DNA from: Candidatus Moraniibacteriota bacterium | Lineage (GTDB): Bacteria; Patescibacteriota; Minisyncoccia; Moranbacterales; UBA1568 | Reading direction: 5' to 3' | Assembly (NCBI GenBank): GCA_008012175.1 | Contig: SSEF01000010.1 | Location: forward strand, 2,923 to 66,922 | Length of the DNA stretch: 64,000 bases | Part shown: in pieces, positions 37,104 to 46,568 of the stretch | How positions within the stretch are numbered: position 1 is the stretch's first letter | Layout of the letters: each line of letters begins with the position of its first letter | Notes under the pieces: model-generated | The model's input: only the letters and a program-made list of their open reading frames with translations | Told to the model about the DNA's origin: nothing | Databases searched by the model: none | Translations under genes and position numbers: made by a program

Positions 37104-37173
37104 CCGCATTCCCTACCGACAATCAAAAAGCCCGCTCAGGAATACTCAGCGGGCTTTTAACTTTTCCAATTCC

Positions 37174-37479
37174 TCAAACGGAGATCTTCGTGATCTCGAC
37201 GGCGGTATAGTGCTGCTTGTGGCCGTAACGGGTCATTTCTCGCTTCTTAGCCTTGTGGCGGATGCCGGCGACCTTCTCATGGCGGCCATGGGTGACTACT
37301 TTGCCCTCGACATGAGTCTTGAGCGACGGGGTGCCGATCGCGACCGCGGACTCGTCGCCCGTAAAGAGCGTCTCGAACTTCACGATATTGCCGGGCTCGA
37401 AATCAAGCTTTTCGACTTTTACGATTTCGCCCTCGGCGACCTTGTACTGTTTCCCTCCGGTTTGGATGACGGCGATCAT
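37174..37479 (-). CDS. rplU: 50S ribosomal protein L21
   Basis: MIAVIQTGGKQYKVAEGEIVKVEKL...KKREMTRYGHKQHYT; ORF track N-terminal extension (to 37536) rejected. Confidence 0.85.
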   Translation of the reverse strand: MIAVIQTGGKQYKVAEGEIVKVEKLDFEPGNIVKFETLFTGDESAVAIGTPSLKTHVEGKVVTHGRHEKVAGIRHKAKKREMTRYGHKQHYTAVEITKISV

Positions 37480-37532
37480 AGACTGGCCTAAAAATTGATA
37501 CTGCCTGAGTATAGCCCGAGTTTGGGTCATTG

Positions 37533-39425
37533 TCAATCCTCTTCGAGTACGGCCTTCACCCGGCGGACGCCGGCGGACGAAGCCTCTTCTTTGGTGATCC
37601 GAAAGCGGCCAAATGCGGCGATATCGGCAGTCGTCGAGACATGCGGACCGCCGCAGAGCTCCTCTGAATAGACGGTGCCATCTGGCCCGGTAACCTGGTA
37701 AACGGTCACCTTTTCCGGGTATTTCTCCCAGAAGCTCCCCTCGACGCCAGCAGCTTTGGCCGCTTCCTTTTCCATGACAGTCGTCGCGACAGTCGCACCC
37801 GCAGCGATCGCAGCGTTCACATAGGCCTCGACCCGGTCGAGCGTCTCGCGCGGCACTTTCTCCGGATAGGTGAAGTCGAAGCGCGTCCGTTCTTCAGTAA
37901 TATTCGACCCGGCCTGGTGGACGTCATTCCCGAGCTCCTTCCGAAGGCCCGCCAGCATGAGATGCGTCGCCGTATGGTAGGCAGTCACTTTGGCGCTATG
38001 ATCAGCTAGCCCACCCTTGAATTTCCCCGCCGAAGCTGTGCGAGATAGGTCCTGATGCCGCTTGAACTCTGTATTAAACTCCTCTTTATCAATCTTTCCA
38101 CCCCTTTCGATGACAATCTCTTCCGTTAGCTCAAAAGGGAATCCATAGGTAGTAAATAGATCGAACGCATCCTTTCCACTGATCTGGCCCCTACTTAATC
38201 TACGTTCCAATTCCTTCATTCCATTTGCAAGGGTGCTCCGGAATTTTCTCTCTTCCTCATCAATTTCACCAACAATCAGAACAGATTTCATGTTTACATC
38301 AGGGTACGCATCCATGTAAGGCATGATGAACGAATAGGCTATCGAACTAAGCTCTCCCTGTGGTATCCCAAGAAAGTCCGCATAGCGAATCGCTCGTCGA
38401 ATCAGTCTACGAAGAACATATCCTTGATCAGTGTTAGAGGGAGATATACCGTCCGCAGCGAGAAACACTGCTGCCCGAATATGATCTAAAACAATCCGAT
38501 ACGCATAGGTGAGCTTAGAATCTTTTCCGTATTCGTTTTGAGAAAGTTGTGCAATCATATTTCTCGCACCATCAAAGACATCAAGCCGAAAGACGTCCGG
38601 ATCATCAGCCAGCGCTGCTGCCATGCGCTCCAGCCCACCGCCAAAATCGACATTCTGCTGGGTAAGCTTTTCGAAACCAGTGTCGGTCTTCTTGTATTCC
38701 ATGAAGACATTGTTGCCGATCTCCATGAAGCGGCCGCAGTCGCAGTTCACGTGGCAGGGTTCGTCCTTCCAAGCTGATGCCTCATGCATCTTCTTCTCAT
38801 TCGTCGGATCGAAATCCCAGAACATCTCCGTATCTGGTCCGCCCGGCTCGCCGACTGGCATATTCGCTGGCACGCCGGCCCGGCTCCACCAGCTCTTTTT
38901 TTCTGGATAGTAGAAAATGCGCTCACCGGGCTTCATCCCATCTTTTTCCGCATCCTCGCCGATAGCAGCCTCGATGCCGATGGAACGGAAAAGCGACTGC
39001 CAGCGTTCAGCTGATTCGGTGTCGCGCGGGATGCCAAGCTCAGCATTACCGCGAAAACAGGTGAAGTAAAGGCGCTTCGGGTCGAGCCCGAGCTCAACCG
39101 TCAAGAACGTCCACATCCACTCGATCTGCTTTTCCTTGAAGTAGTCACCAAAAGACCAATTGCCGAGCATCTCGAAAAAGGTCGTATGGCGATTATCTCC
39201 CACTTCCTCGATATCCTGGCTGCGGAAGCATTTCTGCGAATCCGCGATGCGCGTCCCGAGAGGATGCCGTTCCCCAAGGAGATACGGCAAGATCGGCTGC
39301 ATGCCAGAACCGGTGAAGAGCGTTGTCGGATCATTTTCCGGAACGAGCGGCGAGGATGGGACGATAGCGTGTGCCTTCTTCTGGAAAAAGGCGAGATATT
39401 TCGCCCGGATTTGGTGCGTCTGCAT
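37533..39425 (-). CDS. alaS: Alanine--tRNA ligase, short form lacking the C-Ala domain
   Basis: Class II AlaRS catalytic core (FTGSGMQP, FFEMLGNWSFGDYFK), editing-domain HTATHLM...CGGPHV; 630 aa versus ~875 aa typical. Confidence 0.85.
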   Translation of the reverse strand: MQTHQIRAKYLAFFQKKAHAIVPSSPLVPENDPTTLFTGSGMQPILPYLLGERHPLGTRIADSQKCFRSQDIEEVGDNRHTTFFEMLGNWSFGDYFKEKQIEWMWTFLTVELGLDPKRLYFTCFRGNAELGIPRDTESAERWQSLFRSIGIEAAIGEDAEKDGMKPGERIFYYPEKKSWWSRAGVPANMPVGEPGGPDTEMFWDFDPTNEKKMHEASAWKDEPCHVNCDCGRFMEIGNNVFMEYKKTDTGFEKLTQQNVDFGGGLERMAAALADDPDVFRLDVFDGARNMIAQLSQNEYGKDSKLTYAYRIVLDHIRAAVFLAADGISPSNTDQGYVLRRLIRRAIRYADFLGIPQGELSSIAYSFIMPYMDAYPDVNMKSVLIVGEIDEEERKFRSTLANGMKELERRLSRGQISGKDAFDLFTTYGFPFELTEEIVIERGGKIDKEEFNTEFKRHQDLSRTASAGKFKGGLADHSAKVTAYHTATHLMLAGLRKELGNDVHQAGSNITEERTRFDFTYPEKVPRETLDRVEAYVNAAIAAGATVATTVMEKEAAKAAGVEGSFWEKYPEKVTVYQVTGPDGTVYSEELCGGPHVSTTADIAAFGRFRITKEEASSAGVRRVKAVLEED

Positions 39426-39436
39426 ACATTCGAGTC

Positions 39437-39655
39437 TTAGCGGAGGGCTTTTTCGATACTCTTCTTGATATCACGGGAGAGCTGCCAAGGCAACAATCGC
39501 TCGATTTCAGAGAGGGCGCCCGCGATATCGGTCGATCGCGCCTCGAATTTCCGGCCGATGGCACGGATCGAGGAACGGAGAAAACTCGTATCGGAGACAT
39601 CAGGACTCTTTACGATCTCGGCCATGACGACTGAAACAAAACGGTCGGCCTTCAT
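39437..39655 (-). CDS. Hypothetical small protein
   Basis: 72-aa ORF translationally coupled (4-nt overlap) to the upstream coiled-coil ORF. Confidence 0.35.
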   Translation of the reverse strand: MKADRFVSVVMAEIVKSPDVSDTSFLRSSIRAIGRKFEARSTDIAGALSEIERLLPWQLSRDIKKSIEKALR

Positions 39656-39930
39656 TGCTTCTTGCTAAAGGATTCCCGCTTCTTTCGTAGGATATCTGCA
39701 TCGATGTCCTGGATACGTTGGATAAGACGGGATCGTGCCGCTTTCTGGCTATCAAGTTCGAGTGTCCTACTATCGATCGATTTTTCTATCGCCCGAATTT
39801 CCGCATCTAGCTCGTTCGAGCGCCGTTCCAATCGAGACCGATCAGACTGGAGCATTGCGATTTCCCCCTCGGCTCGCCGTCGGCTGGACTGGATGGCCAC
39901 CCCCTCTTCATTGCTTGTTATGCCAGTCAT
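39652..39930 (-). CDS. Small coiled-coil protein
   Basis: Heptad-rich charged sequence (LERRSNELDAEIRAIEKSIDSRTLELDSQKAARSRLIQRIQDIDADI). Confidence 0.4.
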   Translation of the reverse strand: MTGITSNEEGVAIQSSRRRAEGEIAMLQSDRSRLERRSNELDAEIRAIEKSIDSRTLELDSQKAARSRLIQRIQDIDADILRKKRESFSKKQ

Positions 39931-39943
39931 AGGAAGAAGTAGT

Positions 39944-41839
39944 TTATTCGGATTCGATGATATCAACCGTCACGCGCTCCGCATCATCCGGAATCGTAGC
40001 GATGAACATATCTGGTTTAAATTCTACTTGGAGGCGCCTGATTTCTGGATGCGTCGATAGGTATGTCCGGATCCCTTCTTCATCGAGGCCCAAAAGGCCG
40101 GACTTCAGTGCCGCAGGATCAATCGATGCCTGAAAAAGCATATCACTCTCAACTGTCAGGTCGATACGCTTCGACTCAAAATTTGCAAGGACGGCGCCGT
40201 AAGAAATGTCGTAAGAACGTGATTTCAATATAACGCCGCCAGATTCGGTTGTTTCCTTATCAAGAAGGGACCGAATAGCTGCCTCGGAAATAACAAATCC
40301 CTTCACCTGGAATCGGGCCTCGTATTCGAAGTCCTCCGCAACAGTTCCGGCAATCGGCGCGATCGGAGTGCCGATAAGATTCGCCTGCAATGATGGAACT
40401 AGGATGATTTCCCCAGGCTTTAGGGAACTACCAATCTCTCCGGCTGCGGCGCGTTTCGCCTCATCAGCAGCAGCCGACTTCGCCAGATCGAGATCAGACA
40501 CGCTTATACTAGGAGATGATTTTTGGCCATCAGATCCCCCACCTGAAAACGCGCCCTTCACTTCGGCGGTAATTTTTTCGAATTTCGGACTGCCCTTGAA
40601 GCCGGGAATAGTGAATGTTCCGCTGGTGATGTTGTATCGATCGCCCGTACTATCGGCGACGACGCGGGCATCGATCTTGCCGGGAACAGTTTTTCCCGAG
40701 TCAGTCCTCGTTCCTGGAACTGTGATGCTTTCCGCGAGCCGATACAGCCTTCCGTCGGGGAGCTCGAACCGGGTCGTAGCGACCAGCGGCTGCGCTGCTT
40801 CGCTGTAGGCATTCATAATCGTTATCACACCGCTTGCCTTCGCGTTGTTCGCAGCATCCTGACCCGTGGCTGCACGGGAAATTCGAACGGTCTTTTCCGA
40901 TTCGATCGAGCGGACCGGGATACCCGCGGTCCCATCAACGGTCCCGACAAGCGAGCGCTTTACGACATGCCGGACGGATTGCGGTTCAATTGCAATGATC
41001 GCCTCAGGTCGCAAAAAAATATAGCTGGCGGCAGCACCGCCGATGAGCAGCACCGTCCCCGCAACAAACCAGCGCCAAGTATGCCGCTCCGGGACTGGGC
41101 TGACTGTAGATGAAGATGAAAGAGCTGTAACCGGCCTTGAAACCTTCGAACGCTGTTCTTCTTCACGGTTCTCGAACAATCGCCGCAGCCGCTCCTTTCG
41201 TTCTGTCGAAGGAAGCTCCCTCCCCGCCGTGGCACGTCCTGCTGTTGGGGTTGATACTGGATGATTCTGCATCGGTGGCAACGCACCAGTTGGCGCCGGT
41301 TCTGATCGCATAGAATTCAATGCGGTCTGCATAGGAGGTGTGGTGTTCCGTACGCGGAGCGTACGTGGCGCAGGCTCAGAGAGATTCGGCTCACGAGCTG
41401 GCTTCATACCTCCTGGAGGGACAGGCGAGGTGGCGGTCGCCTCCGCGTGAAAATTCGCGCTACCGATCTCATTCGAACGGCGTAGACCGGTCTGAGGTTC
41501 ATGCTCCACGGGCATCGGTATGGTTTCACCGTGCCGAACAGTGAACCGGGCAGCTGTATCCTGCTGACGCTGTGCTCGCAACACCGAATCTTGGTATTCC
41601 TGAATACGCAACCCGGCCTTTTCAGCGAGTCGCGCACCCTGCTCATCCTGCGTCATAACGATCACCGTCTTTCCGAGCTTTTCCGCTTCACGGGCGAGCA
41701 ATTTCAGATTGATGATGCTCTGAAGGATAAGTGAGCGCTTAGGAAAAACGAAGATATTCTCAGCCGCACTAGACTTCCGGAGTCGCCCGACCGTACTGAT
41801 GATTTCCTCATCGATCTCAATGTAGTGAGTCTCTGGCAT
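39944..41839 (-). CDS. Bitopic membrane protein: cytoplasmic ~90-aa N-domain, Pro/Thr-rich linker, one TM, large extracytoplasmic domain
   Basis: N-domain IFVFPKRSLILQSIINLKLLAREAEKLGKTVIVMT; low-complexity P/T/R-rich segment; TM WRWFVAGTVLLIGGAAASYIFL; ~370-aa C-terminal domain; 21 nt downstream of ftsA. Confidence 0.55.
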   Translation of the reverse strand: MPETHYIEIDEEIISTVGRLRKSSAAENIFVFPKRSLILQSIINLKLLAREAEKLGKTVIVMTQDEQGARLAEKAGLRIQEYQDSVLRAQRQQDTAARFTVRHGETIPMPVEHEPQTGLRRSNEIGSANFHAEATATSPVPPGGMKPAREPNLSEPAPRTLRVRNTTPPMQTALNSMRSEPAPTGALPPMQNHPVSTPTAGRATAGRELPSTERKERLRRLFENREEEQRSKVSRPVTALSSSSTVSPVPERHTWRWFVAGTVLLIGGAAASYIFLRPEAIIAIEPQSVRHVVKRSLVGTVDGTAGIPVRSIESEKTVRISRAATGQDAANNAKASGVITIMNAYSEAAQPLVATTRFELPDGRLYRLAESITVPGTRTDSGKTVPGKIDARVVADSTGDRYNITSGTFTIPGFKGSPKFEKITAEVKGAFSGGGSDGQKSSPSISVSDLDLAKSAAADEAKRAAAGEIGSSLKPGEIILVPSLQANLIGTPIAPIAGTVAEDFEYEARFQVKGFVISEAAIRSLLDKETTESGGVILKSRSYDISYGAVLANFESKRIDLTVESDMLFQASIDPAALKSGLLGLDEEGIRTYLSTHPEIRRLQVEFKPDMFIATIPDDAERVTVDIIESE

Positions 41840-41859
41840 ATCCGCTTAAAGCTTTAGTG

Positions 41860-43119
41860 TTATTCGATTGATTCCATGCTGCGCTGCAGAATGCCGGTCA
41901 GTATTGGCTCTTCGTCGAGAGCGTTCAAGAGAGCAAGGTGCGCCAGGCCCATTGGAGTGATATCTTGAGGATTATTCAGCTCTCCAGTCTCATCAACAAT
42001 CCGAGCAATATCATGCGGCTGAAGGAAGCTGATCTGCGGCGGTTTTGAGAACGGGAGATTCTTCGACCAATCTCCAGAGGAAAGAGCCTGCTTGATCCCT
42101 GGCAGTCCGGATCCACCCCCGCAGAGAAAGATCTTGGACGGCATAAAGTCTGTTTCGGCAAATTCGATAAGCGAAAGCTCTACGCCAGCAAGCCATACTC
42201 GACAATCATCAGCAAACAAGGTACTGATACGCTGAATATCATCTGGCTTCATTTGACCGATGGAGTAGCTGATCTTCATCTGCTCCGCCGCCTCAAACTT
42301 TATCTGGTATTCTTGGGCCAACCGCTTTGTAAAGGCACGGCCGCCAAGTGCGAACATTTTCGTCCCCTCGAGACCGCCATTTCTTACGACGGCAATATCA
42401 GTCGTTCCCCCACCGATGTCGATGAAGATGGCGCTGAAGTCGAGCATATCTTCGACCTCCACTGAACGAGCTACGGCATAAGGCTCCGCAACGATCGACA
42501 AAAGATCCAGATCAAGCTCGTCCGAGATAGTCTCAATCGCCCCAAGATGCGTCAGAGGCGCATAGGCATTGAACACGCTCATTGAGACTTCGCGCCCTTG
42601 AAAATTGAGAGGGTTCAGGACTCGATAACCATCAATCCGGACATCGACGATAGCGGCATTGATGAGCTTTATCTCTATCTCCTGGCCAGTTTCCCAGGCT
42701 AGTTGCTTTTTGATTCGCTCGAGCGCCTTTTCTTGGACCTTACTAATGATCATCTTCAACTCAGGCATTCCGATCTTAATTTCAGAATTGATCCGTTCAT
42801 AGTGCACCGTCGTCGTTGTTCCCTTCACGAGCTCGCCAGCGATACCGATGATGCTTTTTTCGACTGATTTTATGCCGCTCTGTGCCTTGGCCGCATCGAT
42901 CGCCTCACGCGCCGAACCGATGACGCCCCGGATGTCGGATACCGCGCCGCTCTGCATATTTCCGACTTTCTGCCTGGCCCGACCAACGCCAATCACCGTG
43001 CCTCGGCGATTCTCCCGATCAATGCGAAAAACAAGCGCCTTGACGACCTCTGTTCCGATGTCGAGCGCTAAAAATAATTCATCGCGATGCTTCCACGGTA
43101 TACGTGAAAAGAATCCCAT
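41860..43119 (-). CDS. ftsA: Cell division protein FtsA (actin-like ATPase)
   Basis: LALDIGTEVVKALVF phosphate-1, IFIDIGGGTTDIAVV phosphate-2, actin/Hsp70 fold, 419 aa. Confidence 0.8.
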   Translation of the reverse strand: MGFFSRIPWKHRDELFLALDIGTEVVKALVFRIDRENRRGTVIGVGRARQKVGNMQSGAVSDIRGVIGSAREAIDAAKAQSGIKSVEKSIIGIAGELVKGTTTTVHYERINSEIKIGMPELKMIISKVQEKALERIKKQLAWETGQEIEIKLINAAIVDVRIDGYRVLNPLNFQGREVSMSVFNAYAPLTHLGAIETISDELDLDLLSIVAEPYAVARSVEVEDMLDFSAIFIDIGGGTTDIAVVRNGGLEGTKMFALGGRAFTKRLAQEYQIKFEAAEQMKISYSIGQMKPDDIQRISTLFADDCRVWLAGVELSLIEFAETDFMPSKIFLCGGGSGLPGIKQALSSGDWSKNLPFSKPPQISFLQPHDIARIVDETGELNNPQDITPMGLAHLALLNALDEEPILTGILQRSMESIE

Positions 43120-43146
43120 AACGAAACAGTTGTTTTTTGTATTATA

Positions 43147-44181
43147 TCATCGGTTCGCCAAAAGCGTCGTACGGAGCTCTCTTCCAACAGTTTCGATAGC
43201 CGCCTGATCTAGGAGACCGGCGCCCGCTCCATAGAATCCGACCACGTTTCCAGCATTCGCCATGCCATAGCGAAGGCATTTCTCAAGCGGATATTGGTAG
43301 AGGTAAGCTGCGAAAAATCCCGAACCAAACGCATCGCCAGCACCAGTGGTATCAACGAGGCCGTGCGGCTCGAAAACTTCCCCATGCCATATCTCTCGAC
43401 CGTCATATACCCAAGCGCCCCGTTTCCCATCCGTAAGAGCGACCACGGAAGGGCCAAAACGGTGCAATGCCTTCAGGAGATACTGCTCGTCATTTAGAAC
43501 TTCCGGATCGTTGCCAATGCCACCCGCTAGAAGAAATTCGATCGCCTCATCCTTGTTGAGGAACAGCGCCGAAACGTGCGGAAGTGATTCGAGTAAAAAT
43601 CTTGGGTCATCTTTCAGATTGTGTTGTCCGGGATTGAGAGCAATGCTCGAACCGAAGCGTTCAGCTGCCTGGATGACCATGGAAAGATTCTCTTTCCATT
43701 CGCCATTCAGCGCGCTTACATAAAACCACTCGTATCCCGCTAGTTGTCGTTCATCGATCTTGAGCTGCTCGTTCGCGTCACGGTTGTGGAAAATAATCCT
43801 ATCACCCGTCTGTTCGATAACCACGATTGCTGAAAGATCAGAACGTGCCCCGGCCACTCTATCGAGAGTAGTCGTAAGCACTCCGGCCCCGCGAAGCGTT
43901 GTGAGAATCCAATCACCAATCTCATCGGTACCGATCCTGCTATAGACCGCTGCCTCATGTCCCAATCGGACAAGCCCCTGGGCAACGTTGGCTGCCACCC
44001 CGCCGATCGCTTCGGCTCGATCCTGACAGCGGAATTTTCCGCCAAGCTCGAAAGCGACCTTCACCTGCGATCGGAGATCTTCGGGAGTCTCCAGCACAAC
44101 CCCCTCCCCGGTCGGGAAAAAAAGGTCTTTCGATACAGAACCGATGCACAGGATTCGATGAATCATAGCTGAATGAAGCAT
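43147..44181 (-). CDS. PfkB-family carbohydrate kinase (ribokinase-like)
   Basis: N-terminal GG motif region and C-terminal DTTGAGDAFGSGFF anion-hole motif. Confidence 0.8.
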   Translation of the reverse strand: MLHSAMIHRILCIGSVSKDLFFPTGEGVVLETPEDLRSQVKVAFELGGKFRCQDRAEAIGGVAANVAQGLVRLGHEAAVYSRIGTDEIGDWILTTLRGAGVLTTTLDRVAGARSDLSAIVVIEQTGDRIIFHNRDANEQLKIDERQLAGYEWFYVSALNGEWKENLSMVIQAAERFGSSIALNPGQHNLKDDPRFLLESLPHVSALFLNKDEAIEFLLAGGIGNDPEVLNDEQYLLKALHRFGPSVVALTDGKRGAWVYDGREIWHGEVFEPHGLVDTTGAGDAFGSGFFAAYLYQYPLEKCLRYGMANAGNVVGFYGAGAGLLDQAAIETVGRELRTTLLANR

Positions 44182-45452
44182 TATGCGCCCGGAACGAACC
44201 GCATCTCAAAAATCTCGGAAAGTCGGTTATATTTCGCGAGTCGCTCACCGCGCGCAAGCGATCCTGTCTTGATATAGTCAGCTCCTGCTGCGACCGCAAG
44301 GTCAGCAATAAAATCATCGCATGTCTCTCCTGAGCGATGCGATATGACTGTCCGCATGCCGTGCTCTTTTGCAAGCGCAATACAATCGATGGTCTCTGAA
44401 AGGGTGCCGATCTGATTTACCTTTATGAGAACGGCGTTGCAGGCATCGGCCTCAATCGCCTGGCGGAGACGCTTCACGCTGGTCACGAGAAGATCGTCGC
44501 CCACAAGCATGAGCTTCGCGCCCATCTCCCTCTTGAATTCTGACCAACTTCCCCAATCTTCCTCATGGAACGGATCTTCGATCGAGAAGATCGGGAATCT
44601 CCCAGTCCATTCCCGGTAGAGAGCAGCCAGGCCTGCGTGGTCAAGTACGGCTTTTTCCGGCTTCAAGAGATAGCGGTCAGATGCGCGGTCATAAAAAGAA
44701 TTAGCAGCTGCATCAATGTCAAGGAGGACTTCTTTTCCTGGGACATAACCGCTGGCTTCTATCGCTTTTACTAGCAACATGAAAGCCTCGGCATGATCCT
44801 TGAGCCGTGGCGCAAAGCCACCCTCATCACCGACATCGGTCGTATAGCCCTCAGTCCGAAGGAGCTTCTGGAGCGTATGGAAGATCTCGCTTCCAGCCCG
44901 AAGCTGCTCGGGATAACCCACGATACCGACTGGAACGATTTTGAATTCCTGGATCGAAAGACCCGAATCCGCATGCTCTCCGCCGTTGATAACGTTGAAC
45001 ATTGGTACAGGAAAAGTCTCCGCTTCGCGCTTATACGGAATGAGATCTTCGAGATGGGCGTAAAGTGCCATATCCGAGCTTTCTGCCGCTGCGCGGGCAC
45101 AGGCAAGAGAGGCGCCGAGGATCGCATTAGCGCCAAGGCGGGACTTCGATTCTGTTCCATCGAGCTCGCAAAGCCTCGTATCAATTTGTCGCTGCTCGCT
45201 CGGGTCCATGCCGATGAGCGCGTCTCGGATCTCAGTATTTACATGAGCGACTGCCTTCAGGACGCCTTTCCCCTGGTAGCGGTTCTCCTCGCCGTCGCGA
45301 AGTTCAAGCGCCTCATGCGCGCCAGTCGATGCCCCTGATGGGACACTCGCCTTTGCGATCGTTCCATCATCGAGCAATACGCGAGCTTCAACGGTCGGAT
45401 AACCGCGCGAATCAAGAATCTCCCGTCCTTTGAGGTCAGTGATACGTGCCAT
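44181..45452 (-). CDS. eno: Enolase
   Basis: MARITDLKGREILDSRGYPTVEA..., SHRSGETCDDFIADLAVA, IKTGSLARGERLAKYNRL. Confidence 0.97.
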   Translation of the reverse strand: MARITDLKGREILDSRGYPTVEARVLLDDGTIAKASVPSGASTGAHEALELRDGEENRYQGKGVLKAVAHVNTEIRDALIGMDPSEQRQIDTRLCELDGTESKSRLGANAILGASLACARAAAESSDMALYAHLEDLIPYKREAETFPVPMFNVINGGEHADSGLSIQEFKIVPVGIVGYPEQLRAGSEIFHTLQKLLRTEGYTTDVGDEGGFAPRLKDHAEAFMLLVKAIEASGYVPGKEVLLDIDAAANSFYDRASDRYLLKPEKAVLDHAGLAALYREWTGRFPIFSIEDPFHEEDWGSWSEFKREMGAKLMLVGDDLLVTSVKRLRQAIEADACNAVLIKVNQIGTLSETIDCIALAKEHGMRTVISHRSGETCDDFIADLAVAAGADYIKTGSLARGERLAKYNRLSEIFEMRFVPGA

Positions 45453-45492
45453 AGAAAAAATACATTAATTCGGGATACCTCTTCGTATCATA

Positions 45493-46545
45493 TCATGCAG
45501 CGATAAGCGGCCGGAGGCCAGGCAATTCATGGCCGGCCATATATTCAAGCATCGCCCCGCCGCCGCTCGACACGAAGCCGATCCGGTGGAATACACCGGC
45601 CCGTTCCAAGACCGCAAGCGATTCGCCGCCGCCGATGATGACATATGCATCAGTCTCGAGGATCGCATTCAGGATAATATTTGTCCCGATATCATACGGT
45701 TTTTCCTCGAACTTTCCCATCGGCCCGTTCCAAACGATCGTCTTCGCTTTCTTTATGATTTCGGCATAATAGGAAGCTGTCGTTTTTCCAATATCGAGCC
45801 GCGCTGGAGAATCGAAATCCTGCGGCAAAAGCACCTTATCAGAGAAAGAGATCTTCTGGTCAATTGCTTCGTTGGCAATTTTCCCGCCAACAAGCACACA
45901 GTCATACGCCTCCTCGAGTGCGCGTATGAGAGGCAGCTTGGTTTCGATCTTGGCCCCGCCGATAATAGCGAGCGCCGGCCGCTCGGGATTGAAACGAACC
46001 GCGTCAAGCCGCTCCGTCTCTTCCGCCAAGTGGAGACCCGCATAGGAGGGCAGATGCTCCGTCACGCCAACCACTGATGCATGGGATCGATGAGAGACAC
46101 CAAAAGCCTCGTTAACATATACATCGAACGGGGCGGCGAGATCGGCAGCGAATGCAGCATCGTTAGCGGTCTCGCCCGGATCGAAGCGGACATTCTCCAG
46201 TAGCAGAACATCGCCCGAAGCGGCTGCCGCAATCGCTGCACTGACTATCGTTCCACGGCAAGCAGGCACAAAGTGCACTGTCCGCCCCAGGACGTGAGTA
46301 ACTTCGGGAACGAGGCGCTCGACCGAATATTCGGGATCGCTGTTGCCATCCGGACGGCCAAAATGGGTCAGCAGGGTGATGGAGCGCGCGCCGGCACCAA
46401 CAACAAAATCAATAGTCTGGCGAGAAACTTCGAGCTTGAACCCTTCCTGGACATGCGCCAGATCATCCAATTCTACGTTAAAATCGACCCTGACGAGGAC
46501 ATTCTTTCCGGAAAAATCAGCCGAGGTGATACTTTTGAGTAACAT
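45493..46545 (-). CDS. pgk: Phosphoglycerate kinase
   Basis: VLVRVDFNV, LLENVRFDPGETAND, GGGAMLEYM; start placed at MLLKSITSAD, ORF track extension rejected. Confidence 0.93.
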   Translation of the reverse strand: MLLKSITSADFSGKNVLVRVDFNVELDDLAHVQEGFKLEVSRQTIDFVVGAGARSITLLTHFGRPDGNSDPEYSVERLVPEVTHVLGRTVHFVPACRGTIVSAAIAAAASGDVLLLENVRFDPGETANDAAFAADLAAPFDVYVNEAFGVSHRSHASVVGVTEHLPSYAGLHLAEETERLDAVRFNPERPALAIIGGAKIETKLPLIRALEEAYDCVLVGGKIANEAIDQKISFSDKVLLPQDFDSPARLDIGKTTASYYAEIIKKAKTIVWNGPMGKFEEKPYDIGTNIILNAILETDAYVIIGGGESLAVLERAGVFHRIGFVSSGGGAMLEYMAGHELPGLRPLIAA

Positions 46546-46568
46546 ACAGTGATGGTATAAAAAAAGGA

